From contig JAOZSN010000001.1 in NCBI GenBank assembly GCA_029939635.1, forward strand, positions 15,833-79,832: DNA of 64,000 nt, read 5' to 3'. Of this stretch, positions 45,482 to 54,395 are shown one piece after another (position 1 is the stretch's first letter; every line of letters begins with the position of its first letter). The notes under the pieces are model-generated. The model was not told the origin of the DNA and did not search any database. It worked only from the letters and a program-made list of their open reading frames with translations. Origin of the DNA: Deltaproteobacteria bacterium. GTDB lineage: Bacteria; Desulfobacterota; Desulfobulbia; Desulfobulbales; SURF-16. The position numbers and the translations under genes are program-made.

Positions 45482-45611
45482 TAAACAGTCCGCTGGAACT
45501 CATCTTTTGCTATTCAGGTCTGCTCGCGTAACACTTTTTACGCTTCGCAGCCCTGAATAACAAGGTATGCGAACCTGAGAGACTCCGAACTAAGTCCCTG
45601 CGGACTGTTTA
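45482..45611 (+). repeat. Nested-hairpin intergenic element, copy B
   Basis: Outer stem taaacagtccgc / gcggactgttta (perfect). Middle stem attcagg / cctgaat. Inner stem ctgc..gcgta / tacgcttcgcag. Shares the core tacgcttcgcag and catctttgc with copy A. Begins 4 nt after the stop at 45478. Confidence 0.5.
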
Positions 45612-45919
45612 GGTATCCTCCCTTTTGAAGTCGGTCGGGTCATTTTCCGTGATGCCTGTCATGCCTGACCCTGGTCGGCTTCATTTTTTCTTTACCCCAC
45701 CTCATTCTCAGTTTCCCAATTTCCCTAAGTTGTAATTTCCGCAAAACGTCATTAATCACCCTAATACAAGAAGATGAGCACGACTCATCCCCTCGGGTAA
45801 AATTAAAACTCCTTGACTTTCTCAACCAGAGAGCTATGAATGGTTGCTGTTGCAAATTGTAACAGAAGTACAATTTTTGATACTTATGTTATTACCTATA
45901 TATTGTTAAGGAGAAAATT

Positions 45920-46510
45920 ATGACTGACTCAATCATGCCCAGCCCAGACCTGGCCTTACAGCAACTTTTAGATGGCAATAAACGCTTTGTCAGCACCTCC
46001 CTCACCCACCCCAATCAGGATGGTGATCGTCGGATTGCCCTGGGTAATGGTCAGGCCCCCTTTGCTGCTGTTCTGGCCTGTGCAGATTCTCGTGTCCCAC
46101 CGGAGGTGCTTTTCGATCAAGGCCTAGGTGATCTATTTGTAGTACGGGTAGCCGGAAATATCCTCAACGACCAAATCTTAGGCAGCCTGGAATATACCGC
46201 CCTTCATTTAAATACCCCATTAATTGTGGTCTTAGGCCATACCAGCTGTGGTGCCATTGGCGCTGTAGCCCAAGGGGCTGAACTAGAAGGACATATTGCC
46301 TCTTTGGCACCTGCCATCCAACCTGCCGTTGATAAGGTTCGCGACATGGAAGGTGATCTAACCGATAATGCCGCTAAAGAAGTGGCACGGATGACAGCTG
46401 AAGAATTAATAAACTCTGAGCCAATCATGGCTAAGCTGGTTAAAGAGGGTAAGCTAAAGATTGTACCAGCCTTCTATGAGTTGGAATCAGGTGAGATAAC
46501 TATGCTGTAA
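45920..46510 (+). CDS. Beta-class carbonic anhydrase
   Basis: CADSRVPPE (CxDxR) and GHTSCGA (HxxC) zinc-site motifs. 196 aa. AAGGAG Shine-Dalgarno. Confidence 0.9.
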   Translation: MTDSIMPSPDLALQQLLDGNKRFVSTSLTHPNQDGDRRIALGNGQAPFAAVLACADSRVPPEVLFDQGLGDLFVVRVAGNILNDQILGSLEYTALHLNTPLIVVLGHTSCGAIGAVAQGAELEGHIASLAPAIQPAVDKVRDMEGDLTDNAAKEVARMTAEELINSEPIMAKLVKEGKLKIVPAFYELESGEITML

Positions 46511-46530
46511 ACAGTTAGTTCCAGCAAAAT

Positions 46531-46577
46531 ATGCAGGAAATTAAGGCAGCTGCAGCTTAATTTCCTGCATTTTTTTA
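46531..46577 (+). terminator. Rho-independent terminator
   Basis: The 15-bp perfect stem atgcaggaaattaag / cttaatttcctgcat is followed by TTTTTT. Confidence 0.8.
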
Positions 46578-46732
46578 GCATCTGCCTTAAAGACTGTCTC
46601 ACTCCTAGTAAATACCAAACCCCTACTCTCAAACCGTTTCAGCGTACGCCACAGAGAGCCATAGAGTATTCAACAATATTCTCCAACTCCCTGGCACTGG
46701 CCGGCACTTTCTCCGCTTCGCTGTTATTCGCC

Positions 46733-49700
46733 TCAAGGCAACAGTAAATGGATCTCCTGCCACTTCTTTTTTAAGCGCTTTGCAGATATAGGAAAACGGG
46801 TCTTAAGCTCCTGGGCAAAGAGGGATATTTTAAACTCCTCAATCATACTGGCAAAAATAAGTAATTGCTCTTGCAATTCAGGTGAGAGGCCCTGCTGATG
46901 TTGAATATCAGCCAGCTGCTCTAGAAACGGTTGTACCTTAACCTGGCGACCACTATCCTTACCAGGATCTTGCACCTTACGCTCAAGACGTATCTTTAAA
47001 CCTTTGAGGTAGCGCGGAATTTCGCGCAGCACCTCTGGGGTCATTTCTTGCAGAAAACCAGGGGGTAAATACCGCCCCACCGCTTGCCGAAAAAGATCAC
47101 ACTCCTCAGCTTGTACGCCAAAAAACTTTTTTCCCCTGCCCTGCTCCTCCAGCCCACTGATAAAATCAAGGGTTGCCCGGCGCTCCAACAAGACTGTCTC
47201 CACATCAGCTAAAATCTTTGTACCCAAGGCAAAAACACCATGCTGGCGTACCTCTGCTAAGGTTGTATCAAACTCGTCTCTGCTGGGAATAATGCCGTCA
47301 TGACAATGAAAAACACCACGAAGGATGAAGTAGAAAAAGTCCTGATTAAACTCTTCGTGACTTCCCAGCCCTTCATACAAGGCCCAATGACGGCGGGATA
47401 GTTGAAAATCAGAACGCAAGGGCCGGCATTTCTTGGCAAACTGCAGGCGATAGAGATAGAGCAGACCATCACGACTCTGCCGACGCTGCTCCTGCTGGTC
47501 ACGAAAGAGACGAATGGCGACACCACCCTGCCCATCACGCACAAGACCAGGGAAGACAAACCCCACCAACTGCCCCCCCTTACCATGCAATGGAAAACGG
47601 GGTTTAAGATCAGCAAAATCCCATCCTGTCACTCCTTGCCGCTCAAGATGCTTGAGAGAGGTAAGATCAGCAGTACCCTTGTTATCCTGGCTCTCAGTAT
47701 ACAATGTCTGGGGATCACGGGAGACTGCCACAGCCTTAGCCTCATCATCCACCAATTCAAAACGCATCTGCAGATGGGTGGGCAGGTTCGAGGTCACCCA
47801 CATGGAAGGTTCAACCCGTAACTGGAATTTTTGTAATATGGCCACCTCTAGCTGACGAAAGAGATTCCCCTGATATGGTACTAATTCGGCACGTAACAAG
47901 GCTGCACTGCGTGGAATTGGCACCAATTTACGCCGTACTGACTTGGGCAGGCCTTTAAGCAGCCCCACCAGCTTCTCCTCCAGTAAGCCTGGCACCAACC
48001 ACTCAAAATATTCCTGCTTGGCATAGCTGGCTAATTTACGGGGGATAACTACCGAGATACCATCACGGTCACCACCTGGATCAAAACAATAGTTAAGCTT
48101 AAAAGTAAGCTCACCACAGTTCAACTGCTGGGGAAAATGTTCAAGCCCCTCATCTGTTTCCTGGCGCAAGAGATCCTCTCGCACCATAAGCAACATCTCG
48201 TCACCCTGGGCCTTAATAAACGCAGTCAAACTCTGACGACAGACAACCTCTGTGGGCAGGCGGTCATCATAAAATTTATGAATATCAAGCTCATCAACCA
48301 ATCGCTGGCGGGTACGTTCTTCTAGCTCCTCCAATGTGGCCTGAAGATCTTGGTTCTTATGTAGAAAGGCAAAATGGCCACCAAGCTCCCCCTCCACCAA
48401 GGCGGTCTGGATAAAGATCTCGCGCGTCTCCTCTGGGTTAATGGTGGCAAAATTCACCCGTCGCCCAGCGACAATTATCAGACCAAAGAGGCTCACCTGT
48501 TCCCTGGCCACCACCTGACCCCGTTTCTTCTGCCAGTGCGGATCACTATGGCTCTTCTTGCACAATTCCCCAGCCAGAGGTTCCAACCACTGGGGCTGGA
48601 TAGTGGCCACATTGCGGGCAAAGAGACGGGAGGTCTCCACCAACTCCCCGGCCATGATCCATTGTCCAGCCTTGCCAAAGAGGCTGGAACCAGGAAAGAT
48701 CATCAGCTCCTTATTTCGCGCACCCTGATAAAAATTCTTTGTCTTCTTCAGACCAATATGGCGCAAGTTTCCGGCCAGAATGGCACGATGCACCTGATCA
48801 TAGCTTGCCTCTGCATCCAGCAAGACAAAACGAATCCCCCGTTTGCCTTGACGCCCCTGTTCAGCCAAGATGGTGCTGATCTGGTCATGAATATCACGCC
48901 ATTCACGCATACGTTGATAGGAGAGAAAGTTCTTCTTACAAAATTTACGTGCCTGACTGGCACTTTTTGCCACTGCCCCATGATACTTTTCCCACAGCAC
49001 CAAAAAGGAAGAAAAATCAGAACCCTTACCGCTGAAACTGGCGTGAGCAGCATCAGCCTGCTTTTCTTGACCCAAAGGACGAATACGTGGGTCCTGCACC
49101 GACAAGGCAGCGGCAATAATGACCACTTCTCGCACACAATTTTCAGAACGTGCCGCAATAATCATCCGTGACAGGCGTGGATCAAGGGGCAATCGTGCCA
49201 TGAGCCGACCATTTTTGGTCAATTTTCGCGCCTTGCTCAAAGCACCAAGCTCGGTGAGCAGACCATAGCCATCATTAATTGCTCTACCTCCGGGTGGATC
49301 AACAAAGGCAAAGCGGGCCGGATCTCCGAGGCGCAGATGGATCATGCGCAAAATGACCTCGGCCAGGCTGGAACGCAGAATCTCAGGTCTGGTAAACTCC
49401 TCACGGTTGCTATAATCATCTTCAGAAAAGAGACGAACACATATACCAGGGCCTACCCGCCCACACCGTCCCGCCCGTTGATCACAGCTGGCCTGGGAGA
49501 TCTTAGTGACCGGCAGCTTAGTGGTACGGGCCCGAGGATTATAGGACAAAATACGAGCAAGTCCAGTATCCACCACGTAGCGGATACCAGGCACGGTAAG
49601 GGATGTCTCTGCTACATTGGTTGCCACCACCACCTTGCAGCGCTTCTGTTGGGCAAAGATACGTCCCTGGTCAGCACCAGCTAACCGGCCATACAGGGGC

Positions 49701-50479
49701 AATACTAAAGGTGTATTTTGGCTAAACAGGCTGGCTAGACGTTTTTGCAAGACCTCTACGGTCTCACGGATATCGCGCTCCGTGGGCATGAAGAGAAGTA
49801 GATCAGCCAACCCTTCCGCTGTGAGCAAATTCACTGCTGCGGTAACGGCATTATCCACATAGGCGGCCTCATCAAGACTACCTTCATCTTCATAACGCAT
49901 TTCAACCGGGAAGGTGCGACCCGTCACCTCAATGATTGGCGCATTGCCAAAGGCCTTGGCAAACTTGGCGGTATCAATGGTGGCTGAGGTGATGATAAGT
50001 TTAAGATCCGGCCGTTTCTGGAGCAGTGGTTTACAAATGCCGAGCAAAAAATCGATATTAAGGGAGCGCTCATGGGCCTCATCAATGATGATGGTATCAT
50101 AACGAGAGAGGAGACGATCACCATTGGCCTCGGCCAGGAGAATACCATCGGTCATAAACTTTATGCGGGTGGCCTTGGAGGTATGATCACGAAAGCGAAT
50201 CTTATAGCCAACCATGCTCCCCTGCTCTCCAAGCTCAAAGGAGACCCGCTTAGCAATGGTGGTGGCAGCAATACGACGGGGTTGGGTGCAGCCGATAATG
50301 CCCTGCTGCCCCCGCCCTGCCTCCAGGCACATTTTGGGCAACTGGGTGGTTTTACCTGAACCAGTATCTCCAGCGACAATCAGCACCTGGTGATTGCTGA
50401 TAGCCTCCACTATGGAGGCACGTGCCTGACTGATGGGTAATTCTGGGGGATAGGATAGTGCTGAAACAAATGAATGCAT
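46733..50479 (-). CDS. hrpA: ATP-dependent RNA helicase HrpA (DEAH-box)
   Basis: GDTGSGKTTQLP, DEAHERS, TSATID, the VATNVAETSLT-type motif and QRAGRCGR. 1248 aa, the typical HrpA length with the long C-terminal extension. Confidence 0.9.
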   Translation of the reverse strand: MHSFVSALSYPPELPISQARASIVEAISNHQVLIVAGDTGSGKTTQLPKMCLEAGRGQQGIIGCTQPRRIAATTIAKRVSFELGEQGSMVGYKIRFRDHTSKATRIKFMTDGILLAEANGDRLLSRYDTIIIDEAHERSLNIDFLLGICKPLLQKRPDLKLIITSATIDTAKFAKAFGNAPIIEVTGRTFPVEMRYEDEGSLDEAAYVDNAVTAAVNLLTAEGLADLLLFMPTERDIRETVEVLQKRLASLFSQNTPLVLPLYGRLAGADQGRIFAQQKRCKVVVATNVAETSLTVPGIRYVVDTGLARILSYNPRARTTKLPVTKISQASCDQRAGRCGRVGPGICVRLFSEDDYSNREEFTRPEILRSSLAEVILRMIHLRLGDPARFAFVDPPGGRAINDGYGLLTELGALSKARKLTKNGRLMARLPLDPRLSRMIIAARSENCVREVVIIAAALSVQDPRIRPLGQEKQADAAHASFSGKGSDFSSFLVLWEKYHGAVAKSASQARKFCKKNFLSYQRMREWRDIHDQISTILAEQGRQGKRGIRFVLLDAEASYDQVHRAILAGNLRHIGLKKTKNFYQGARNKELMIFPGSSLFGKAGQWIMAGELVETSRLFARNVATIQPQWLEPLAGELCKKSHSDPHWQKKRGQVVAREQVSLFGLIIVAGRRVNFATINPEETREIFIQTALVEGELGGHFAFLHKNQDLQATLEELEERTRQRLVDELDIHKFYDDRLPTEVVCRQSLTAFIKAQGDEMLLMVREDLLRQETDEGLEHFPQQLNCGELTFKLNYCFDPGGDRDGISVVIPRKLASYAKQEYFEWLVPGLLEEKLVGLLKGLPKSVRRKLVPIPRSAALLRAELVPYQGNLFRQLEVAILQKFQLRVEPSMWVTSNLPTHLQMRFELVDDEAKAVAVSRDPQTLYTESQDNKGTADLTSLKHLERQGVTGWDFADLKPRFPLHGKGGQLVGFVFPGLVRDGQGGVAIRLFRDQQEQRRQSRDGLLYLYRLQFAKKCRPLRSDFQLSRRHWALYEGLGSHEEFNQDFFYFILRGVFHCHDGIIPSRDEFDTTLAEVRQHGVFALGTKILADVETVLLERRATLDFISGLEEQGRGKKFFGVQAEECDLFRQAVGRYLPPGFLQEMTPEVLREIPRYLKGLKIRLERKVQDPGKDSGRQVKVQPFLEQLADIQHQQGLSPELQEQLLIFASMIEEFKISLFAQELKTRFPISAKRLKKKWQEIHLLLP

Positions 50480-50635
50480 AGATGATGAGCTACAGGTAAA
50501 TAATTTTCAATATTAAGGCGTAAAGTTAATGAGTTACGAATACCAGCTACCGTTTACAGGTGGACAGGAACCATTTTAAGCAGTGCTTTTACCCCATAAA
50601 TATGAACAGAAACCATTAGAATGTTTTAAAAAAAA

Positions 50636-50665
50636 TTGAAATCAACGAAACTTTCTGCCTATAAT
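50636..50665 (+). promoter_or_regulatory. Candidate sigma-70 promoter
   Basis: TTGAAA (50636-50641), 18-nt spacer, TATAAT (50660-50665). About 120 nt upstream of the actin-like gene. Confidence 0.35.
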
Positions 50666-50786
50666 CAATGGTAATGTAAACAGTTGGTTACATGGGGCAA
50701 GTACAGGTGCCATAAAAAAGGCTACTAACCTACCATCTCCAGCGGGAAACTCCAAGACCGTTCATACTATAACAAGCAGGTGAAAA

Positions 50787-51974
50787 ATGGCGAAGTTAAA
50801 GAAATCTCATAAAGGCAGGCCACAGGGCAGCTACTCCAACCCCAACCAGACGAAGGCAACCAGTCATACTGAGGAAGGAGGAGAGGAAACCCTGGAAGAT
50901 CTGGAAACCATCGAGACTGCCATGGAAGCATCCCAAAAAACTATTGTTTCCAGAGATAAAGAAATCGGTGAAGGGGCAGAACGTCCCAACGGCCCTGTTG
51001 GCCTGGATATCGGTACCAGCCATATCGTTATTGCCCAAAATGTTGGTCGTCATATCAGTACTGTCAACCAGCTCAATGCTTTTTTCACCATTCCTTATTC
51101 TAAATTTACCAAGAAAATTCTCATTGAAAACGAGATCACCTTCTTTGAGAAAAACGATCTGTTTTACATCCTGGGCTATTCAGCAGAAAATTTTGCCAAC
51201 ATGTTCAACACCAATACCCGCCGCACCATGGAACGTGGATTGTTGACCAATAAGGAAGATGAGGGCATTAATGTCCTGCAATCTATCATCAAGACCCTGA
51301 TCGCCAAGCCAGACAAGCCCAACGAAATAATCTGCTTCTCCTTACCCGGTAACCCGGCCGATAACTCCAGTTCTGTGGTCTACCATGAATCTATCTTGAA
51401 GATGTTCCTGGCCAGCCTCGGGTATCGTCCTATCTCCATCAATGAGGGATTAGCCACAGTCATGGCAGAGTTGGCCAATGACAACTTTACCGGCCTTGGT
51501 ATCTCCATGGGTGGTGGCATGTGTAATATCTGCCTATCCTACCTCTCTGTACCAGTACTCACCTTCAGCATCCAACGCGGTGGTGATTATGTCGACAATA
51601 TGGTCAGTGCCTCTGTAGGCGAGCCTGCCACCAGGATTAAGTTGATCAAAGAAAATTCCCTGGATTTAAGCCGTGCCCCCCAAGACCGGATAGAGACGGC
51701 TCTGGCCATCTACTACGTGGATCTCATCTCCCACCTGCTGGAGACCCTGGAACATGAGCTGAAGTCTTCAGATAAGATGCCAAACATCAATAACCCCATC
51801 CCCATTGCCTTGAGTGGCGGCACAGTGCTGCCTGCTGGTTTTAAAGAACTCTTTGAAAAGAGCTTAAAGAAAGTCAACCTGCCAGTGGAAATCTCAGATA
51901 TCCGCATCTCCGACGACCCGCTGAACACCACAGCCAAAGGTGCCATGGTCATGGCGTTGTCTGAAGAAATCTAA
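50787..51974 (+). CDS. Actin-like ATPase (ASKHA superfamily; MreB/MamK/Alp-like) with low-complexity N-terminal extension
   Basis: Phosphate-1 motif GLDIGTSHIVIA, connect motif INEGLATVMAE, phosphate-2 motif GISMGGGMCNI, adenosine motif ALSGGTVLPAGF, and C-terminal TAKGAMVMA. The first ~65 aa are charged and low complexity. Confidence 0.7.
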   Translation: MAKLKKSHKGRPQGSYSNPNQTKATSHTEEGGEETLEDLETIETAMEASQKTIVSRDKEIGEGAERPNGPVGLDIGTSHIVIAQNVGRHISTVNQLNAFFTIPYSKFTKKILIENEITFFEKNDLFYILGYSAENFANMFNTNTRRTMERGLLTNKEDEGINVLQSIIKTLIAKPDKPNEIICFSLPGNPADNSSSVVYHESILKMFLASLGYRPISINEGLATVMAELANDNFTGLGISMGGGMCNICLSYLSVPVLTFSIQRGGDYVDNMVSASVGEPATRIKLIKENSLDLSRAPQDRIETALAIYYVDLISHLLETLEHELKSSDKMPNINNPIPIALSGGTVLPAGFKELFEKSLKKVNLPVEISDIRISDDPLNTTAKGAMVMALSEEI

Positions 51975-52000
51975 ATCACTAACACCAGAAGTTAGGCGCG

Positions 52001-52037
52001 AGTAAACAAAAAAAAAGCGACTGGAATTTTTCCAGTC
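52001..52037. terminator. Bidirectional rho-independent terminator between convergent genes
   Basis: aaaaaaa-gcgactgga-atttt-tccagtcgc-ttttttt: a 9-bp GC-rich stem flanked by an A-run and a T-run. Confidence 0.8.
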
Positions 52038-52076
52038 GCTTTTTTTATGCCATGTCCTGAAACCTGACACCTCAAG

Positions 52077-52571
52077 TTATGGCATCAAATAAAACCCTAA
52101 GGCCTTATCATAAGCTGGCGAATCAGCCTCAGCAAACTGACAGCCTACAAAGCCTTGACCAATGGAACGCACGGTGGCCCGTCGCTTGATATTGGTGCCT
52201 GCTTGGTCATCCAAGATAAATTGCACCATGACATCATCTCCCTCACGCAGGTCGTGGGCCCCTGAGATGGACAAGGCCAGTCCGCTGAGGGAGAGATCAG
52301 CAATCTTACATTTAAGATTAGGCTCCTGCATCTCCACCCGCCGTAAATCCATATCTAGTTTGGCATATTTCCCATCGATATTGGTTGATTTCCTGTACCG
52401 CTCCCGGAAATCAAGGGAGGCAGAAAAGCTATCGCCACAGGTACACTTCACCTTGAGGGAATGCTTATGACCCTTAAATTTGACTACCGATATCAGCTTC
52501 ATAATGCCGCAGTGTGGGCATTTTATCGCTGCCAAATTTTCTTTATTTACATGAACTCGCTTAGCAATCAT
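52077..52571 (-). CDS. PilZ-domain protein with N-terminal zinc ribbon
   Basis: CPHCG...CTCG zinc ribbon. PilZ motifs RERYRK (RxxxR-like) and DLSLSGLAL (D/NxSxxG). Start moved to the ATG at 52571, preceded by GGGGGAG. Confidence 0.8.
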   Translation of the reverse strand: MIAKRVHVNKENLAAIKCPHCGIMKLISVVKFKGHKHSLKVKCTCGDSFSASLDFRERYRKSTNIDGKYAKLDMDLRRVEMQEPNLKCKIADLSLSGLALSISGAHDLREGDDVMVQFILDDQAGTNIKRRATVRSIGQGFVGCQFAEADSPAYDKALGFYLMP

Positions 52572-53055
52572 CCTACTCCCCCAAAAAAATATCTTGATCA
52601 ACCACTGTCACCCGTAAAACAACAAAAAAAATGGTTGAAATTTTCCCCGTGAAATATACAGTGTGATGCCTTCTCCCCCCAACTTGCCGACTTAACAGAC
52701 CGCAATTGGGAGGTGCAAAAAGACAATCACTCTTTCTCATCTATAGAATAGATGCGTTTAACATTTTATCATTATAACAAATTTTCAAAGGAGAAAAGAG
52801 ATTTTTTCCACCCAATTGCTGAGCAAGCACCTGTTTTATTTAATTTATCAAACCAGTGCTGACCAGAAAAAGCAAAAAGCAAATGAGCGCGCCGCCATAA
52901 TATCAATAGGTTACAATGATTTAAGCCTCGATCCACGCTTAAACAACCGCCAAACAAACCTTCCCAGACACCTAGACAACTGTACAGAAAAATATTATCA
53001 TGATTTCAATAAATTAACCTTCATTCCCTGACTTATCCCCTTTCTAGAGATTACC

Positions 53056-54141
53056 ATGGCAACATCTCCCCACCCAGAATACGATGCCCAGTTGTTCCCG
53101 GAAATTCTCCAGAATATCCATCTCGGCCTTATTCTTCTCGATATCGAGCATGAAGAGATTGCCTTTTGCAATACCCAGGCATCCGAAATACTGGCCTTAA
53201 GCAAGCTAGACTGTGATTACCACGCGTTCTATGGACTGCTGCAGACAGCCATTGAACAATTACTTGAATCTCCTGAAGACCATGAAGAAAAAACGGTGGA
53301 AAACCATGGTGAACGCTTTATTGGCTACAGTCTGACCAAACCTGCCAATGGCCAATATATTTCGGTGCTTATGCAGGATATCACTGACCAAAAACGCATG
53401 GACTCTATTGCCGAAGCAGCAGTGAGTATGAATAATATTGGCTATATATTCTCAGGAATTCGCCACGAAATCGGCAACCCCCTGAACTCCATCAAAATGG
53501 CCATCACTGTCTTGCATAAAAATATGGACCGCTATTCTCCCAAGGAGATCAAAGTCTACTTTGATCGCATTTTTGAAGATATTGGTCGCGTTGAACATCT
53601 GCTCAAATCATTCAAAAATTTCAATATGTATGAAAGTCCTAAGAACGAGGTCATGGATCTCTCTGACTTTATCATGCATAATACCCAACTAATTGCCGCT
53701 TATTCTGGTGTGAAGGATAAAATGATAGGAATCAGTGTTGACGTTGAGCCAGGATCTGAATGGGTTCTTGTAGACCGGCGTGCTTTGCAACAGGTAACCA
53801 TGAATTTACTGGCCAATGCCATGGATGCTATGCAAGAAAACCCAGAGGCACGGTTACTGATTAGTTCGCGAGCTCTTAGCAGTAATATCCTCTTAGAAAT
53901 TAAGGATAATGGCTGCGGAATCCCGCCTGAGACCCTGCAAGACATCTTTAAACCTTTCTTTACCACCAAGGAAAAAGGCACAGGACTTGGCCTAGCCCTA
54001 TCCAAAAAAATGCTTTCCCAGATGAACTGTGACATTGATGTTACCAGTATCCCTGATATGGGTACCACCTTTACCATTTCAATCCCCAAGGCACGCTCGT
54101 ATGAGATTAATGCCTTCCAAAACACAAAACAGGAACCTTGA
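53056..54141 (+). CDS. Soluble sensor histidine kinase (PAS-like + HisKA + HATPase)
   Basis: No TM segment. H-box FSGIRHEIGNPLNSI. N box MNLLANAMDAM. G boxes DNGCGIP and GTGLGLALS. Confidence 0.85.
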   Translation: MATSPHPEYDAQLFPEILQNIHLGLILLDIEHEEIAFCNTQASEILALSKLDCDYHAFYGLLQTAIEQLLESPEDHEEKTVENHGERFIGYSLTKPANGQYISVLMQDITDQKRMDSIAEAAVSMNNIGYIFSGIRHEIGNPLNSIKMAITVLHKNMDRYSPKEIKVYFDRIFEDIGRVEHLLKSFKNFNMYESPKNEVMDLSDFIMHNTQLIAAYSGVKDKMIGISVDVEPGSEWVLVDRRALQQVTMNLLANAMDAMQENPEARLLISSRALSSNILLEIKDNGCGIPPETLQDIFKPFFTTKEKGTGLGLALSKKMLSQMNCDIDVTSIPDMGTTFTISIPKARSYEINAFQNTKQEP

Positions 54142-54303
54142 CCTGATAGAGAAAAATTGTCCACTTTTTGTTGACCAGGTCACCTTCACCTTAAAATTAC
54201 CTTGTCGCAACTCGGCAGATCTCGCACAATTTAATAGATGCTCCTTTTTCACTGCAAAACTGTACTACGACACTCTGCAAGCAGCTTGTTTTAGTACCAT
54301 TAC

Positions 54304-54332
54304 TTGACAGTCTGCATCTTGTTTTCTACAAT
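54304..54332 (+). promoter_or_regulatory. Candidate sigma-70 promoter
   Basis: TTGACA (54304-54309), 17-nt spacer, TACAAT (54327-54332). 64 nt upstream of the ATG at 54396. Confidence 0.5.
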
Positions 54333-54395
54333 ATCAATTGGTTGTGTAATTTCATTGAGCAAAATATTTTTTCACTAATAACAGGGTAAGGATAC

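Noticed and set aside
45640-45873. 77-aa minus-strand ORF between the Ehr operon and the carbonic anhydrase gene
   Set aside because: It has no SD and odd composition. It lies in what looks like the promoter/leader region of the CA gene.
52602-53055. 450-nt gap between the PilZ and kinase genes with two overlapping small ORFs (52772-52957 -, 52816-53031 +), considered as a small gene or sRNA
   Set aside because: Neither ORF has an SD or recognisable motifs. I could not identify a stable structure or terminator. Left unannotated.
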